Assembly (NCBI GenBank): GCA_904393845.1
Contig: CAJFNB010000001.1
Coordinates: 16,341-80,340 of the forward strand
Source: Candidatus Alloclostridium intestinigallinarum
GTDB lineage: Bacteria > Bacillota > Clostridia > Christensenellales > UBA3700
DNA length: 64,000 nt
Reading direction: 5' to 3'
In this document: positions 1 through 9,489 of the stretch, piece after piece
Layout: every line of letters starts with the position of its first letter
Position numbering within the stretch: position 1 is the first letter of the stretch
Translations under genes and position numbers: made by a program
The notes under the pieces: generated by a model
Databases searched by the model: none
What the model was told of the DNA's origin: nothing
What the model saw: only the letters and a program-made list of their open reading frames with translations

Positions 1-526
1 TCCCCTTTCTGCCTGCAGGCTTTGTCTGCGCGGCGGAAACGGACTGTTCCTTTTTGTCTTCTTCAGCCGTCTTTTCCGCCGTTTGCACTACCGCCGCAAT
101 ATCTTCCCTCTCCGCGGGCGGCGCTTCTTCGGAAAAAGCCTGCTCCTCGGGCGCCTGTTCCGCGTTTTCGGCAGATTGCTCCGTATTTGAAAGTTCTTCT
201 TCCTGTCCGTCCGGCTCTTGATTGGACTTGAATACCTCTTCTTCCCCGAATACGGGAGCGGGCGACGACAGCGCGATGACCGCTCCGCCCTTTACTATGC
301 GCGCCGCCACCTTGCTTTCGCGTGTGAGCGGATAAGGCAGGTTGAATTTGCTTGCCGCGGGGGCGGAAAAATACCTGCCGTCCACCATGAGTTCGGCAAT
401 TGCGCCCTCGGGACAATGCGTCTTTACCTCTCCCGTGGTTCTGCCGCCGAAATATTCCAGTTTGATAAGCCCGGGCGCGCCGCCGTCGGTGCGCGCGAGC
501 ACGATATTTTTCTTGACAACGAACAT
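1..526 (-). CDS. hypothetical protein (first ~175 codons; gene continues past left edge)
   Basis: rc ATG at 524-526 with GGAGG upstream (rc of 534-538). Hand translation MFVVKKNIVLARTDGGAPGLIKLEYFGG... has no stop down to position 1. It is absent from the ORF track only because no stop lies in the window. Confidence 0.5.
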   Translation of the reverse strand, partial: MFVVKKNIVLARTDGGAPGLIKLEYFGGRTTGEVKTHCPEGAIAELMVDGRYFSAPAASKFNLPYPLTRESKVAARIVKGGAVIALSSPAPVFGEEEVFKSNQEPDGQEEELSNTEQSAENAEQAPEEQAFSEEAPPAEREDIAAVVQTAEKTAEEDKKEQSVSAAQTKPAGRKG

Positions 527-621
527 GAAAAAACCTCCGAATATGTGCTGTTTAAGCATATGCCCCGAAGGTTTATTTTATTACGTATTGTCTGTTAAAT
601 TTCCGATTTGACCGTACTTTT

Positions 622-1437
622 TCAAAGCAGCTTTGATAATCTGATAAAGTCGTCTATACCGAGTTTTTCTCCGCGTATGCGCGCGTCGTAGCCGCACGAT
701 AAGAGCATTTCTTCCGCCTGCGCCCGCGTCAAGGGGAATGAAGAGCATAAATTGTTGACCAGCGTCTTGCGGCGCATGGCGAACGCCGCCTTGATAAGTT
801 TTTTCACAAGCGGCTTATTCACGTCCGCGTACTTGTCGTGCATATCTATGCGCACGACGCAGCTGTCCACATTGGGGCGCGGAGTGAACATGGTACGCGG
901 CACGACGCGCGTTATCTTGGCAGTACCTTCCAGCGCGACGGCGGCGGTTATCGCGCCGTAGTCGGCGGTGCCGGGCGCGGCGGTAAGCCGTTCGCCCACC
1001 TCTTTCTGCACCATTACGGATATGCTTGAAGGCCGGGTCTTTCTTTCCAGAAAGCGCATTATCACGGGGGTGGTGATATAATAAGGCAAGTTCGCCGCGA
1101 GCTTATACTCCCCGCCCAGAATTTTATCAAGGTCTTCGTCGCTTTCCTTCATAATGTCGCGGAAGACGACTTCCACTTTGTCGTCGAGTCCCGCAAGCGT
1201 TTGCGAAAGGACGGGCATAAGATTTTTGTCTATCTCGTAACTTACCACCCTGTCCGCCTTGGCGGCGAGAGCGGCGGTAAGCGTACCCGCGCCCGCGCCT
1301 ATTTCCAGCACGGTGCCGCCCGAAATTCCCGCCTCGTCCACGATTGCGGCAAGCAGGTTTTTATCCGTGATAAAATTCTGTCCGAACTTTTTTTCAAAGG
1401 AAAAATTCGCCCCGGCAAGAATTTCGGCTATGCTCAT
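622..1437 (-). CDS. rsmA: 16S rRNA dimethyladenosine transferase RsmA/KsgA
   Basis: FGQNFITD N-terminal signature, SAM-binding VLEIGAGAGTLT, NLPYYITTP. Start moved to the internal ATG at 1435-1437 (MSIAEIL), which overlaps the upstream stop as ATGA. Confidence 0.9.
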   Translation of the reverse strand: MSIAEILAGANFSFEKKFGQNFITDKNLLAAIVDEAGISGGTVLEIGAGAGTLTAALAAKADRVVSYEIDKNLMPVLSQTLAGLDDKVEVVFRDIMKESDEDLDKILGGEYKLAANLPYYITTPVIMRFLERKTRPSSISVMVQKEVGERLTAAPGTADYGAITAAVALEGTAKITRVVPRTMFTPRPNVDSCVVRIDMHDKYADVNKPLVKKLIKAAFAMRRKTLVNNLCSSFPLTRAQAEEMLLSCGYDARIRGEKLGIDDFIRLSKLL

Positions 1438-2060
1438 ATAAGTTTCCTCACTCTGAGTTTCGCGCCTATTCCTCGCGCTATCTCCGCCGCCCTCTGAAGC
1501 TGTTCGGGCGGCACGCAGTCCACTATACTGAGTACCACGTTTCCGCCGCACCTGACGCACTCCTTGGCAAAGTCAAGCATTATATCGAACGCTTTCAGTC
1601 CGAAACGGCTGTGGCAAAGTTTGTCGTACGACTCTGGGTCGGTGGCGTTTAACGATACGTTTATCGTATCTATGCACTTCGCCATGCGCGGAGCTATGTC
1701 CTTACCCAGAATGGCGCTGCCCTGTCCGTTGGTGTTGATTCGCGTCTTTATACCCCTGTCGTGGGCATATCCCGCCAGCATTTCCACCAGGTCGAAACGC
1801 GCGCTCGGTTCGCCGTAGCCGCAGAACACCATCTCCTTGTAGCGGCTGAAATCCATTTTATCCAAAATTTCCGTAACGTCCGTATAAGAAGGTTCCCTGT
1901 CCAGCCAAAGGTCGTAGTCGCCCTCGCCCTTATGACTGCCGAACTCCCTGCCGTCCATGACGGATTCGTGGTTGCGCAGGCAAAATTCGCAGGCGTTGGA
2001 ACAGTAATTGGTCAGATTTATATAGATATTTCCGTAAATGGTGTATACGTATGTGTTCAT
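1434..2060 (-). CDS. TatD-associated radical SAM protein
   Basis: CxxxCxxC cluster (CSNACEFC) near the N-terminus; 208 aa; directly downstream of tatD and coupled to rsmA. Matches the TatD-linked rSAM family as I recall it. Confidence 0.7.
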   Translation of the reverse strand: MNTYVYTIYGNIYINLTNYCSNACEFCLRNHESVMDGREFGSHKGEGDYDLWLDREPSYTDVTEILDKMDFSRYKEMVFCGYGEPSARFDLVEMLAGYAHDRGIKTRINTNGQGSAILGKDIAPRMAKCIDTINVSLNATDPESYDKLCHSRFGLKAFDIMLDFAKECVRCGGNVVLSIVDCVPPEQLQRAAEIARGIGAKLRVRKLI

Positions 2061-2072
2061 TTCCGCCTCCGC

Positions 2073-2831
2073 TTAAAAACCGTAATACCGCCGCGCGTTC
2101 TCCGCGGTCAGCCTTTCCGCCTCATCGAAAGTAACGCCCAGAATCTGCGCCATCTTTTCCACGACATACCTCACGTAAGCGGGGCGGTTGACCTGCCCTC
2201 TGAACGGAACGGGGGTCATGTAGGGACAGTCAGTTTCCGCAAGCAGTCTGTCTTTCGGCACGGCGCGGACTATATCGTCCTTTTTCGCATTTTTGAAAGT
2301 AATCACTCCGCCGAATGCAAAATATGCGTCGAATTCGGAAAACCGCTCCGCCATCTCGCGGCTGCCGCCGTAACAATGCAGAAGAACTCCGTTTTCAAGC
2401 AGTTCCCTGCACTCGCTTAAAATGGCAAACGCGTCGCCGTAGGCGTCGCGTATATGCAGGTTGACGGGCTTTTTCGCCCTGTGCGCCATCTCAAGCTGTG
2501 TTATAAATACCTGCCGCTGTACGCTTCTGGGCGCAATTTCGTAACAGTAGTCAAGCCCTATTTCGCCCACCGCAACCGTTTTGGGCAGGGCGGCAAGCGC
2601 AAGATATTCGTCGACGTGCCCCTTTTCAAATCCTGCCGCCTCCTCGGGGTGGCAGCCCACGGCGCAGTACACGCCCGCGTGCCCCTCCGCAAGGGCGGAA
2701 GCGCGGCGGGACGACGACAGGTCGAATCCGTTTTCAACCACGGCAAACAAGCCGTCCTCAGGCATGCGCGCAATCTCTTCTTCCGCGTCCAGCCTCTCGT
2801 CGAGCAGGTGGCAGTGACTGTCGATAAGCAT
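2073..2831 (-). CDS. tatD: TatD family metal-dependent hydrolase/DNase
   Basis: MLIDSHCHL start, NLHIRDA, GEIGLDY and ETDCPYM motifs typical of TatD. Confidence 0.9.
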   Translation of the reverse strand: MLIDSHCHLLDERLDAEEEIARMPEDGLFAVVENGFDLSSSRRASALAEGHAGVYCAVGCHPEEAAGFEKGHVDEYLALAALPKTVAVGEIGLDYCYEIAPRSVQRQVFITQLEMAHRAKKPVNLHIRDAYGDAFAILSECRELLENGVLLHCYGGSREMAERFSEFDAYFAFGGVITFKNAKKDDIVRAVPKDRLLAETDCPYMTPVPFRGQVNRPAYVRYVVEKMAQILGVTFDEAERLTAENARRYYGF

Positions 2832-2832
2832 A

Positions 2833-4794
2833 TTAAGAAATGTCGCTGCCGGCGGGCATGTCCCCGTCCGGTTTAAGCAGGGTGAGCCTGCCTTCCTGAT
2901 CGGAAGCGCAAAGCAGCATGCCCTGCGAAAGTATGCCGCGCAGTTTGACGGGCTTCAAGTTGGAAACTACCACCACTCTTCTGCCCACCATATCTTCGGG
3001 AGCGTAATACTTTGCAATGCCGCTTACTATCGTGCGCGGCTTTTCCTCGCCCAGGTCAACGGTGGAGCACAGCAGTTTATCCGCCTTTTCCACCTTCTTG
3101 CAGTCGAGGATAACGCCCACTTTGAGCTGTACTTTGTCAAAGTCCTCTATGCCTATTTCAGCCTTTTCCTCGGGTTTTCCGGCGGCTTTTTCCGCCCCTG
3201 CCGCGGATTTTTTATCCTTTTCGCCGGCAAGATCTTCCGCTATTTTTTCCAACTCTTTCAGCTCCTTTTCTATGTCCAGCCTGTTGAACAGGTGCGCGCC
3301 CTTGTCCACCCTGCCGCCGTAGCTCATGGGCTTTTCGAGGGAAGCGAACGTGCGCTCGCCCTCGGGAACGCCGAGTTTGTTCAGTATCTTTTCCGCCGTT
3401 TCGGGCAGGAACGCCTGTAATACCACCGCGCAGGTGCGAATGGCGTTTGCCAGATTGAACAGTACGCTCGAAAGGCGCACTTTGCCTTCTTCGCTTGCGC
3501 CCAAAGTCCAGGGCGCGGTTTCGTCGATATACTTATTGGCGCGGTGAAGCACTTCCCATATAGCGTCCATAGCCGTGGTGACGTTGGGCTTTTTCAGCTC
3601 CTGTCTCACCTTTTCAAGCAGGTTTGCCGTAAGCGCTTTGAGCTCGCCGTCCTCCTGCCCGCTATCTCCGGCGGGCGCGGGAACGCTTCCGAAGTATTTG
3701 TCTATCATGGCTGTGGTACGCGATACCAGGTTGCCCAGCGTGTTTGCAAGGTCGGAATTGTAAGAGCGCACGAGCATTTCGTTGCTGTATTCGCCGTCCT
3801 CGCCGAAGGGCACTATGTGCAGAATATAGTAGCGCAGGGTGTCCACCCCATATCTGTCGCTCAAAATGAAGGGATCCACCACGTTGCCCTTCGACTTGCT
3901 CATCTTGCCGCCGTCGAACATTATCCAGCCGTGTCCGAACACCTTTTTGGGAAGGGGCAGGTCGAGCGCGGTCAAAAACGCGGGCCATATGACGGAATGG
4001 AACCTGACTATCTCCTTTGCCATCATGTGCACGTCGGCGGGCCAGTATTTTCTGAACAGTTCGTCGTCGCCGCCCGCGTATCCGAGCGCGGTGATATAGT
4101 TGAAGAGCGCGTCCAGCCACACATATATGACGTGCTTGCCGTCGAAAGGCACTTTTACGCCCCAATCGAAAGAAGTACGCGATACGCAAAGATCCTGCAA
4201 TCCCGGCTTGACGAAGTTGTTGAGCATCTCCTTGCGGCGGGACGCGGGCATAAGAAAATCACCTTCCGAAAGCAGTTTTTCTATCACGTCCTGATACTTG
4301 CTCAGGCGGAAGAAGTAGCTTTCTTCGCGCGCCGTCTGCACTTCCCTGCCGCAGTCGGGGCATTTGCCGTCAACAAGCTGGCTTTTCGTCCAGAAGGATT
4401 CGCAGGGCACGCAGTACATTCCCTCGTATTCGCTTTTGTATATGTCGCCCTTTTCATAGAGCTTTTCGAATATCTTCTGCACCGCCTTTTCGTGGTACTC
4501 GTCAGTGGTGCGGATAAACTTGTCGTAGGTGATATCAAGCCTCTTCCACAGCCTTTTCAGGTCGTCCACCAGCTTGTCCACGTACTGCTTGGGCGTAATC
4601 CCCGCCGCCTCCGCCGCGCGCTGTATCTTCTGCCCGTGCTCGTCCGTACCCGTCAGGAAGAACACGTCCTTGCCGTCCAGACGGTTGAAGCGCGCCAGGG
4701 CGTCGCATACCACGGTGGTGTAGCACGTTCCGATGTGCCACTTGCCGCTGGGGTAATATATGGGTGTAGTGATATAATATTTTTCCTTTTCCAT
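2833..4794 (-). CDS. metG: methionine--tRNA ligase
   Basis: YITTPIYYPSGKWHIG (HIGH-type), KMSKSKGN (KMSKS), Zn knuckle CPDCG, C-terminal tRNA-binding domain (VGVILDCKKVEKADKLL). Confidence 0.95.
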   Translation of the reverse strand: MEKEKYYITTPIYYPSGKWHIGTCYTTVVCDALARFNRLDGKDVFFLTGTDEHGQKIQRAAEAAGITPKQYVDKLVDDLKRLWKRLDITYDKFIRTTDEYHEKAVQKIFEKLYEKGDIYKSEYEGMYCVPCESFWTKSQLVDGKCPDCGREVQTAREESYFFRLSKYQDVIEKLLSEGDFLMPASRRKEMLNNFVKPGLQDLCVSRTSFDWGVKVPFDGKHVIYVWLDALFNYITALGYAGGDDELFRKYWPADVHMMAKEIVRFHSVIWPAFLTALDLPLPKKVFGHGWIMFDGGKMSKSKGNVVDPFILSDRYGVDTLRYYILHIVPFGEDGEYSNEMLVRSYNSDLANTLGNLVSRTTAMIDKYFGSVPAPAGDSGQEDGELKALTANLLEKVRQELKKPNVTTAMDAIWEVLHRANKYIDETAPWTLGASEEGKVRLSSVLFNLANAIRTCAVVLQAFLPETAEKILNKLGVPEGERTFASLEKPMSYGGRVDKGAHLFNRLDIEKELKELEKIAEDLAGEKDKKSAAGAEKAAGKPEEKAEIGIEDFDKVQLKVGVILDCKKVEKADKLLCSTVDLGEEKPRTIVSGIAKYYAPEDMVGRRVVVVSNLKPVKLRGILSQGMLLCASDQEGRLTLLKPDGDMPAGSDIS

Positions 4795-4795
4795 T

Positions 4796-6487
4796 TTATT
4801 TCGCCGTATACGCGCTGATATAAGTGCTCAGTCCCGCCGATTCCATAAACTTGGGCAGAGGCTTGGTTATGGTCACGGTCGCGCTGCTGTCCTCGGGATT
4901 GGTAACGGTGTAGGTGCCGTCTTCTTCGTTATACGCATAGTTGGAATCGGTGCAGCCCTCTTCGCCGACCGTCCAGTATCCGGAAGCCACGACGCCCGCC
5001 AGCATCCATTCGCCTCCCTCCTGCGCGTAGTTGAGGGAGCTGAGAGCCGCCACGGAAGTGTAGTCGCCGGTTATGCCGTTCATATAGAAGAAGAAGGTGA
5101 CTTCGCTGCCGTCAATTGTGCGCGTTATCACGGACGCGGAAATGTAGTCCACGTATACGGTATCCGTGGTGCTGTCGATTACCATGCCCAAAGCGTATTC
5201 GCCGTCCAGATTGAATTTGTAAAGCGCGTTGGATACGGTGTAGTACATATACTTGCCCGCCACGTTGTTGTTGGTGGCGTTTGCGGCTTCGTCCCTCACC
5301 GCCACGATGGTGGGAGCGCCTTCGAGCGCCTGCTGGGTGCCGTCTTCGTCCGTACCTATCTTCACGGTGACGGGAGTGCCGTTATCGTTGTAGTAACGGT
5401 TGATATTGGAGCTGCTCACCGAAAGCGCGCCGTACTCATAGCTTACCGCTTCGATGGACGAAAGCGCGGAATTGGCTATTACCTTTTCGTTCGCCATATC
5501 GAGCGCCGCGCCGTCGCCTGCGCCTATCATATCGGGAGTAACCAGATATTCCGCGGTGGCAGTCCTTGCATTGGACGTCGAGGACGAACCGGGAGTGCGC
5601 GAATAGAAGAGCGCCACGCCCGTATCTTCTATGCTGTAATCGAGAAGAGCCACGGTGTACTGGTACTGCGCCGCCACGCTCGCGCCCTCGGGCACGAACG
5701 AGGTGTTATCAATAAGAAGCGTGCTCACGCCCGCATAGTTGCAGACGTATACCCTGTTGCCGTAGAGCACGGAAGAATTTTCGCTGTCCGCGGCTTTGGT
5801 GTAGAAGAACATATCGCTCACCCTGTCGCTGCCGTAAGAATATTCGCCGTCCTTTACGAAAAGCACGTCGGTTACTTCTTCCGCGACGACTTCCTTCGCG
5901 CCGATTTCCTCATTGGTATAGGAAATCTTGACTATCTGCGAATTTGCCGTATCGTAGTAGAACAGCGCTTCGTCCGTCCAGATATATTCGTACGTATTCG
6001 CCGCCAGCGTGGTTACGAGCTGGGTCCGGGTTCCGTCGGTGCGGGTGCGGTAGAAGTCCTGCTGGGAGGTAAGCACGGTGCCGTCCGACTGGGTATCGGT
6101 GGAAGGGGAAGTATAGTATATCCAGTTGCCGAACACGTAAAGTCCGCCTTCCGCCTGACCGTTGTAGAACATCTTGGGAACAACCACCGCAACGTCCCTG
6201 ACGCTGCCGTCGGCGGCAAGGGCGCCCTTCATGATGCTGCCCTTGTAGCCGGCCTGTCCGAACCAGTTGTTTTCGGGTTCGGTGATGGAAGATGTGTCGC
6301 CTTTGCCGTTGACGAAGTATACCGTGTTGCCCTGCGCCACCGCAACGCTGCCGTTACCGGATACGGCCGCTTCGGGATCGGTAGTACCCACGGGTCCCCA
6401 TGTATAATCCTGGCACGCCGCAAGCACGGCGGTCGCGGCAACAGCCACTACCAGGACGATAAGAGCGAGTTTTGCGATTTTTTTCAT
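4796..6487 (-). CDS. lipoprotein, beta-propeller (DUF5050-like) repeat protein
   Basis: Signal peptide plus lipobox (LAAC). Recurrent VYFVNG / WIYYTS / LFYYD / LYKFNLDG blades. Stop lies 1 nt from the metG start. Confidence 0.55.
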   Translation of the reverse strand: MKKIAKLALIVLVVAVAATAVLAACQDYTWGPVGTTDPEAAVSGNGSVAVAQGNTVYFVNGKGDTSSITEPENNWFGQAGYKGSIMKGALAADGSVRDVAVVVPKMFYNGQAEGGLYVFGNWIYYTSPSTDTQSDGTVLTSQQDFYRTRTDGTRTQLVTTLAANTYEYIWTDEALFYYDTANSQIVKISYTNEEIGAKEVVAEEVTDVLFVKDGEYSYGSDRVSDMFFYTKAADSENSSVLYGNRVYVCNYAGVSTLLIDNTSFVPEGASVAAQYQYTVALLDYSIEDTGVALFYSRTPGSSSTSNARTATAEYLVTPDMIGAGDGAALDMANEKVIANSALSSIEAVSYEYGALSVSSSNINRYYNDNGTPVTVKIGTDEDGTQQALEGAPTIVAVRDEAANATNNNVAGKYMYYTVSNALYKFNLDGEYALGMVIDSTTDTVYVDYISASVITRTIDGSEVTFFFYMNGITGDYTSVAALSSLNYAQEGGEWMLAGVVASGYWTVGEEGCTDSNYAYNEEDGTYTVTNPEDSSATVTITKPLPKFMESAGLSTYISAYTAK

Positions 6488-6529
6488 ATCTGACTCCTAT
6501 ATAGGTCGTTTTGCTTTAACGCACATAAT

Positions 6530-6558
6530 ATTATAATATAAATATTAGCATATTGCAA
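6530..6558 (-). promoter_or_regulatory. sigma-70-type promoter for the lipoprotein-metG-tatD-rsmA operon
   Basis: On the minus strand: TTGCAA (6558-6553), 17 nt spacer, TATAAT (6535-6530), about 45 nt upstream of the start at 6487. Confidence 0.55.
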
Positions 6559-6780
6559 ACACTTTTTACTCCGCAAAAGCGGATACGGCAAATATATACC
6601 TTTCTTTTACATGGCTCGTTTCTGTTCCGTCGGCGCAAATCGACGTCCCGTGCCCAGCCGTTTACCCGACGACAGCCGCCCTAATAATACACATATGCCT
6701 TTTAGCCGCGGCGTACCGCAAAATTGCGCCGTCTTTTGCCCGCTTCCGCCGCGACCGGCCCCCTGCGCCGGAAGGATGTA

Positions 6781-6818
6781 AAAAAAAGCGCGTCCCGACG
6801 CGCCGTTTTACTTTTTTT
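6781..6818 (-). terminator. rho-independent terminator (bidirectional shape)
   Basis: GCGCGT (6788-6793) / ACGCGC (6798-6803) stem with a 4-nt loop, flanked by an A-run (6781-6787) and a T-run. Lies just downstream of the gene ending at 6854. Confidence 0.7.
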
Positions 6819-6853
6819 CTTCCGTCCGCCCCGTATCCCGGCGCCACCCGGAC

Positions 6854-7357
6854 TTATCCGAGCGCCGCAAGTTTGGACGGAACGTGGAACGTATCGCATA
6901 AAGTGGGGAATACCGCGTACAGAAGATAAGGGGAATCCGCGCCGTTGCGCTCTATCCTGAACGCGTTGAACTTCGACTTCCCTGCCGCGTATTCCACGGG
7001 AATAAACGCCTCCACAAAGTAATTGTTTCCCTCTCGGCGCACCTCATGCGGCACGCGGGGATCGAGCATTTCCGTCAGGCGGCGTCCGTTTTCATGGCGG
7101 ATCTTGCCCGCCCATACAAGCCCTCCCGGGGAAAATTCGTATTCGAAATACTCGTTTTCGTTGCCGTCCGGGGAAAAGAATATCTCCACGACGCAACCGT
7201 CGTAAATAGGCTCGTTATCTTCTTTGAACGGAGAATAAAAGCTGCTGTCGTACGCGGAGTAATAAAGGCGCAGACCGCCCTCTTCCTCTTTTATTTCAAG
7301 CGTGGTCAGCCTGTCCGCTTTTTCACCGCTGTTGGCACGCAAAGTATATTTCATCAC
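6854..7357 (-). CDS. carbohydrate-binding family 9-like domain protein
   Basis: 167 aa. The pattern CVVEIFFSPDG...YFEYEFSPGG...FNAFRIE resembles CBM9-like/DOMON-like domains. Overlaps the upstream gene by 4 nt. Confidence 0.45.
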   Translation of the reverse strand: MMKYTLRANSGEKADRLTTLEIKEEEGGLRLYYSAYDSSFYSPFKEDNEPIYDGCVVEIFFSPDGNENEYFEYEFSPGGLVWAGKIRHENGRRLTEMLDPRVPHEVRREGNNYFVEAFIPVEYAAGKSKFNAFRIERNGADSPYLLYAVFPTLCDTFHVPSKLAALG

Positions 7358-9483
7358 TCTTCCGCCTTCTTTTTCGCCTTTTTACCGGCGGATTTTTCCG
7401 CTTTCTTCACTTCTTTTTTATCCGCTTTACCCGCCTTTTTCTCCGCACTCTTGCTCTTATCCGCCTTTCTGCCGCCCGCGGGCTGTTCCGCCGCCACGGG
7501 CTTGCTTCCTATCACGCCCTGCGCCGCGCCTTCGCCCGAAGCCACTATCTTGCCCGTGCCGCTTATGGCGCGCAGATATGACTTGTCGTGGTTGAACGTG
7601 GGAACGAGCACTTTAAGCTGTTCCACGACCGCTTCTTTATCGTTGGTGGCGCATATGTCGTGCATCTTTTGCAGCTGTTCCATAAGCCAGGGCTTGTCTA
7701 TCGTCACCTGTCTGCCTATGAATATCTTTTCGTTGGGCGTTTTCTGCAACCCTTCTTCCTTCATAAGCAGTTCTTCAAACAGCTTCTCGCCGGGGCGCAG
7801 TCCCGTGAATTTTATCTCTATATCCTTATACGGCGTGTAACCCATCATGGTGATAAGGTTTTCCGCGAGCGTAAGTATCTTGACAGGCTCGCCCATGTTC
7901 AGAATGAATATCTCGCCGCCCTTTGCAAACGTGCCCGCCTGCAATACCAGGCTGACAGCTTCCGGTATGGTCATGAAATAGCGTATTATATCGGGGTGCG
8001 TCACGGTGACCGGTCCGCCGTTTTTAATCTGCTCCCTGAACAGCGGAATTACCGAGCCGTTTGAACCTAGCACGTTGCCGAAGCGCACCGCGGCAAACTC
8101 CGTCTTGCTGCCCGACTGCGCCATCATCTGCACTATCTCCTCGCAGCAGCGCTTTGTCGCGCCCATGACGTTAGTGGGATTTACCGCCTTATCCGTGGAT
8201 ATCATGACGAACTTTTCCACTCCGTGTTTGTCCGCCATCTGCGCCACGTTCAGCGTGCCGAATATATTGTTCTTGCACGCTTCCTCCGGATTGGTTTCCA
8301 TAAGCGGAACGTGTTTGTGCGCCGCCGCGTGGAAAACAATCTTCGGGCGGTGTTCCATAAACAGCTCGTCCATCTTATCCCTGTCCGTAACGGAAGCTAT
8401 CTCTATCCTTATGGGATAGTCGGCGCCGTACGTACGCAGTATCTCCTGCTGTATTTCATACGCCGAGTTTTCGTAAACGTCCACTATCACGACTTTTGCG
8501 GGCTTATACTTGACTATCTGTCTGACAAGTTCCGAACCTATCGAACCGCCGCCGCCCGTGATCATACACACCTTGCCCTCTATATACGCCGCAACGCCCT
8601 TATCCGTAAAGGCTATCTGCGGCCTTCCCAGCAAGTCGCCGATATTTATGTCGCGTATCTGGCTGACCATATCGGTGGTGCCCACAAGTTCGCTGATATA
8701 GGGCAGTACCTTTACCTGGCACCCCGTGGACATACACGTCGCCAGCATACTCTTGCGCGCCTGCGCGCTTATCGAAGGTATTGCGAATATTATAGTGGAT
8801 ATGGAATATTTCGTTGCCAGGCGCGGTATTTCCTGCGTGGAACCGACTATCGGCACGTTGTCTATCGTTCTGCCCTGCTTTTCCAGGTCGTCGTCCACGA
8901 GACAGACGGGAATGTAAATACTGTCCTTGCGGCTGAGTTCCTCTACCACCGTACTGCCCGTACTGCCCGCGCCCACTATCATGGTACGCTTGCGCTCCGC
9001 AGGTTTTATCCTGGGAGTCCAGTACGAATACAGCATTTCGTATATCAGGTGCATAACCGCAACCGACATTGACGTGGAAAACGCCATGACGATATACACG
9101 GGAAATCCGCGGTATACGTCGCCCACGATAAATTCGTGCGACGACACGAAGTGGGCGAGCTGGTCCACGCCCGTGAACAGCAGCGTGCCGCATATGCAGG
9201 CGAGCACTATGCGCATATATTCCTTTATGCGCGCAAAGCGCCACACTACCTTGAATATTTTGAACAGTACGAAAAACAAAAAGAAGCAGACAACCACGAC
9301 GGGCGTGCTTATCAGAACGGAATTCACGTATTCGCTGCCGTACTCGTCCACTACGTAGGACTGGGTAAGCAGTGCGGTGGCGAAAAACACCGCCGCAACC
9401 ATAAACATATCAGCCGCCGCGAGTATCCACTCGCGCAGCGTGCGCATGGAATAAGACTTTAAGTCTATCTTCTTTTTGCCCAT
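7354..9483 (-). CDS. membrane-bound nucleotide-sugar 4,6-dehydratase (CapD/PglF/WbpM family)
   Basis: N-terminal TM helices, two Rossmann motifs (VGAGSTGS; ITGGGGSIGSEL), GATKRCCE, FGNVLGSNGSV. Unusual K/A-rich ~70-aa C-terminal tail. Confidence 0.85.
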   Translation of the reverse strand: MGKKKIDLKSYSMRTLREWILAAADMFMVAAVFFATALLTQSYVVDEYGSEYVNSVLISTPVVVVCFFLFFVLFKIFKVVWRFARIKEYMRIVLACICGTLLFTGVDQLAHFVSSHEFIVGDVYRGFPVYIVMAFSTSMSVAVMHLIYEMLYSYWTPRIKPAERKRTMIVGAGSTGSTVVEELSRKDSIYIPVCLVDDDLEKQGRTIDNVPIVGSTQEIPRLATKYSISTIIFAIPSISAQARKSMLATCMSTGCQVKVLPYISELVGTTDMVSQIRDINIGDLLGRPQIAFTDKGVAAYIEGKVCMITGGGGSIGSELVRQIVKYKPAKVVIVDVYENSAYEIQQEILRTYGADYPIRIEIASVTDRDKMDELFMEHRPKIVFHAAAHKHVPLMETNPEEACKNNIFGTLNVAQMADKHGVEKFVMISTDKAVNPTNVMGATKRCCEEIVQMMAQSGSKTEFAAVRFGNVLGSNGSVIPLFREQIKNGGPVTVTHPDIIRYFMTIPEAVSLVLQAGTFAKGGEIFILNMGEPVKILTLAENLITMMGYTPYKDIEIKFTGLRPGEKLFEELLMKEEGLQKTPNEKIFIGRQVTIDKPWLMEQLQKMHDICATNDKEAVVEQLKVLVPTFNHDKSYLRAISGTGKIVASGEGAAQGVIGSKPVAAEQPAGGRKADKSKSAEKKAGKADKKEVKKAEKSAGKKAKKKAEE

Positions 9484-9489
9484 TTTCCC

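Noticed and set aside
3544-4818. Long ORFs antisense to strongly recognisable host genes. Examples: 3544..4818 (+), 7046..7840 (+), 8224..9072 (+), 10716..11816 (+), 12128..14098 (+), 14741..16057 (+), 16265..17308 (-), 17703..18407 (-).
   Set aside because: Each lies fully inside a gene with clear family motifs on the other strand (metG, capD-like, galE/nahK, GH20, nagA). Their translations are low-complexity R/A/G/H-rich, as expected for stop-poor antisense frames in GC-rich DNA.
7354-7640. The K/A-rich C-terminal tail of the CapD-like dehydratase, as a possible separate gene or histone-like domain.
   Set aside because: It is in frame and continuous with the dehydratase, with no internal RBS or start. 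It is probably a disordered extension and was not pursued.
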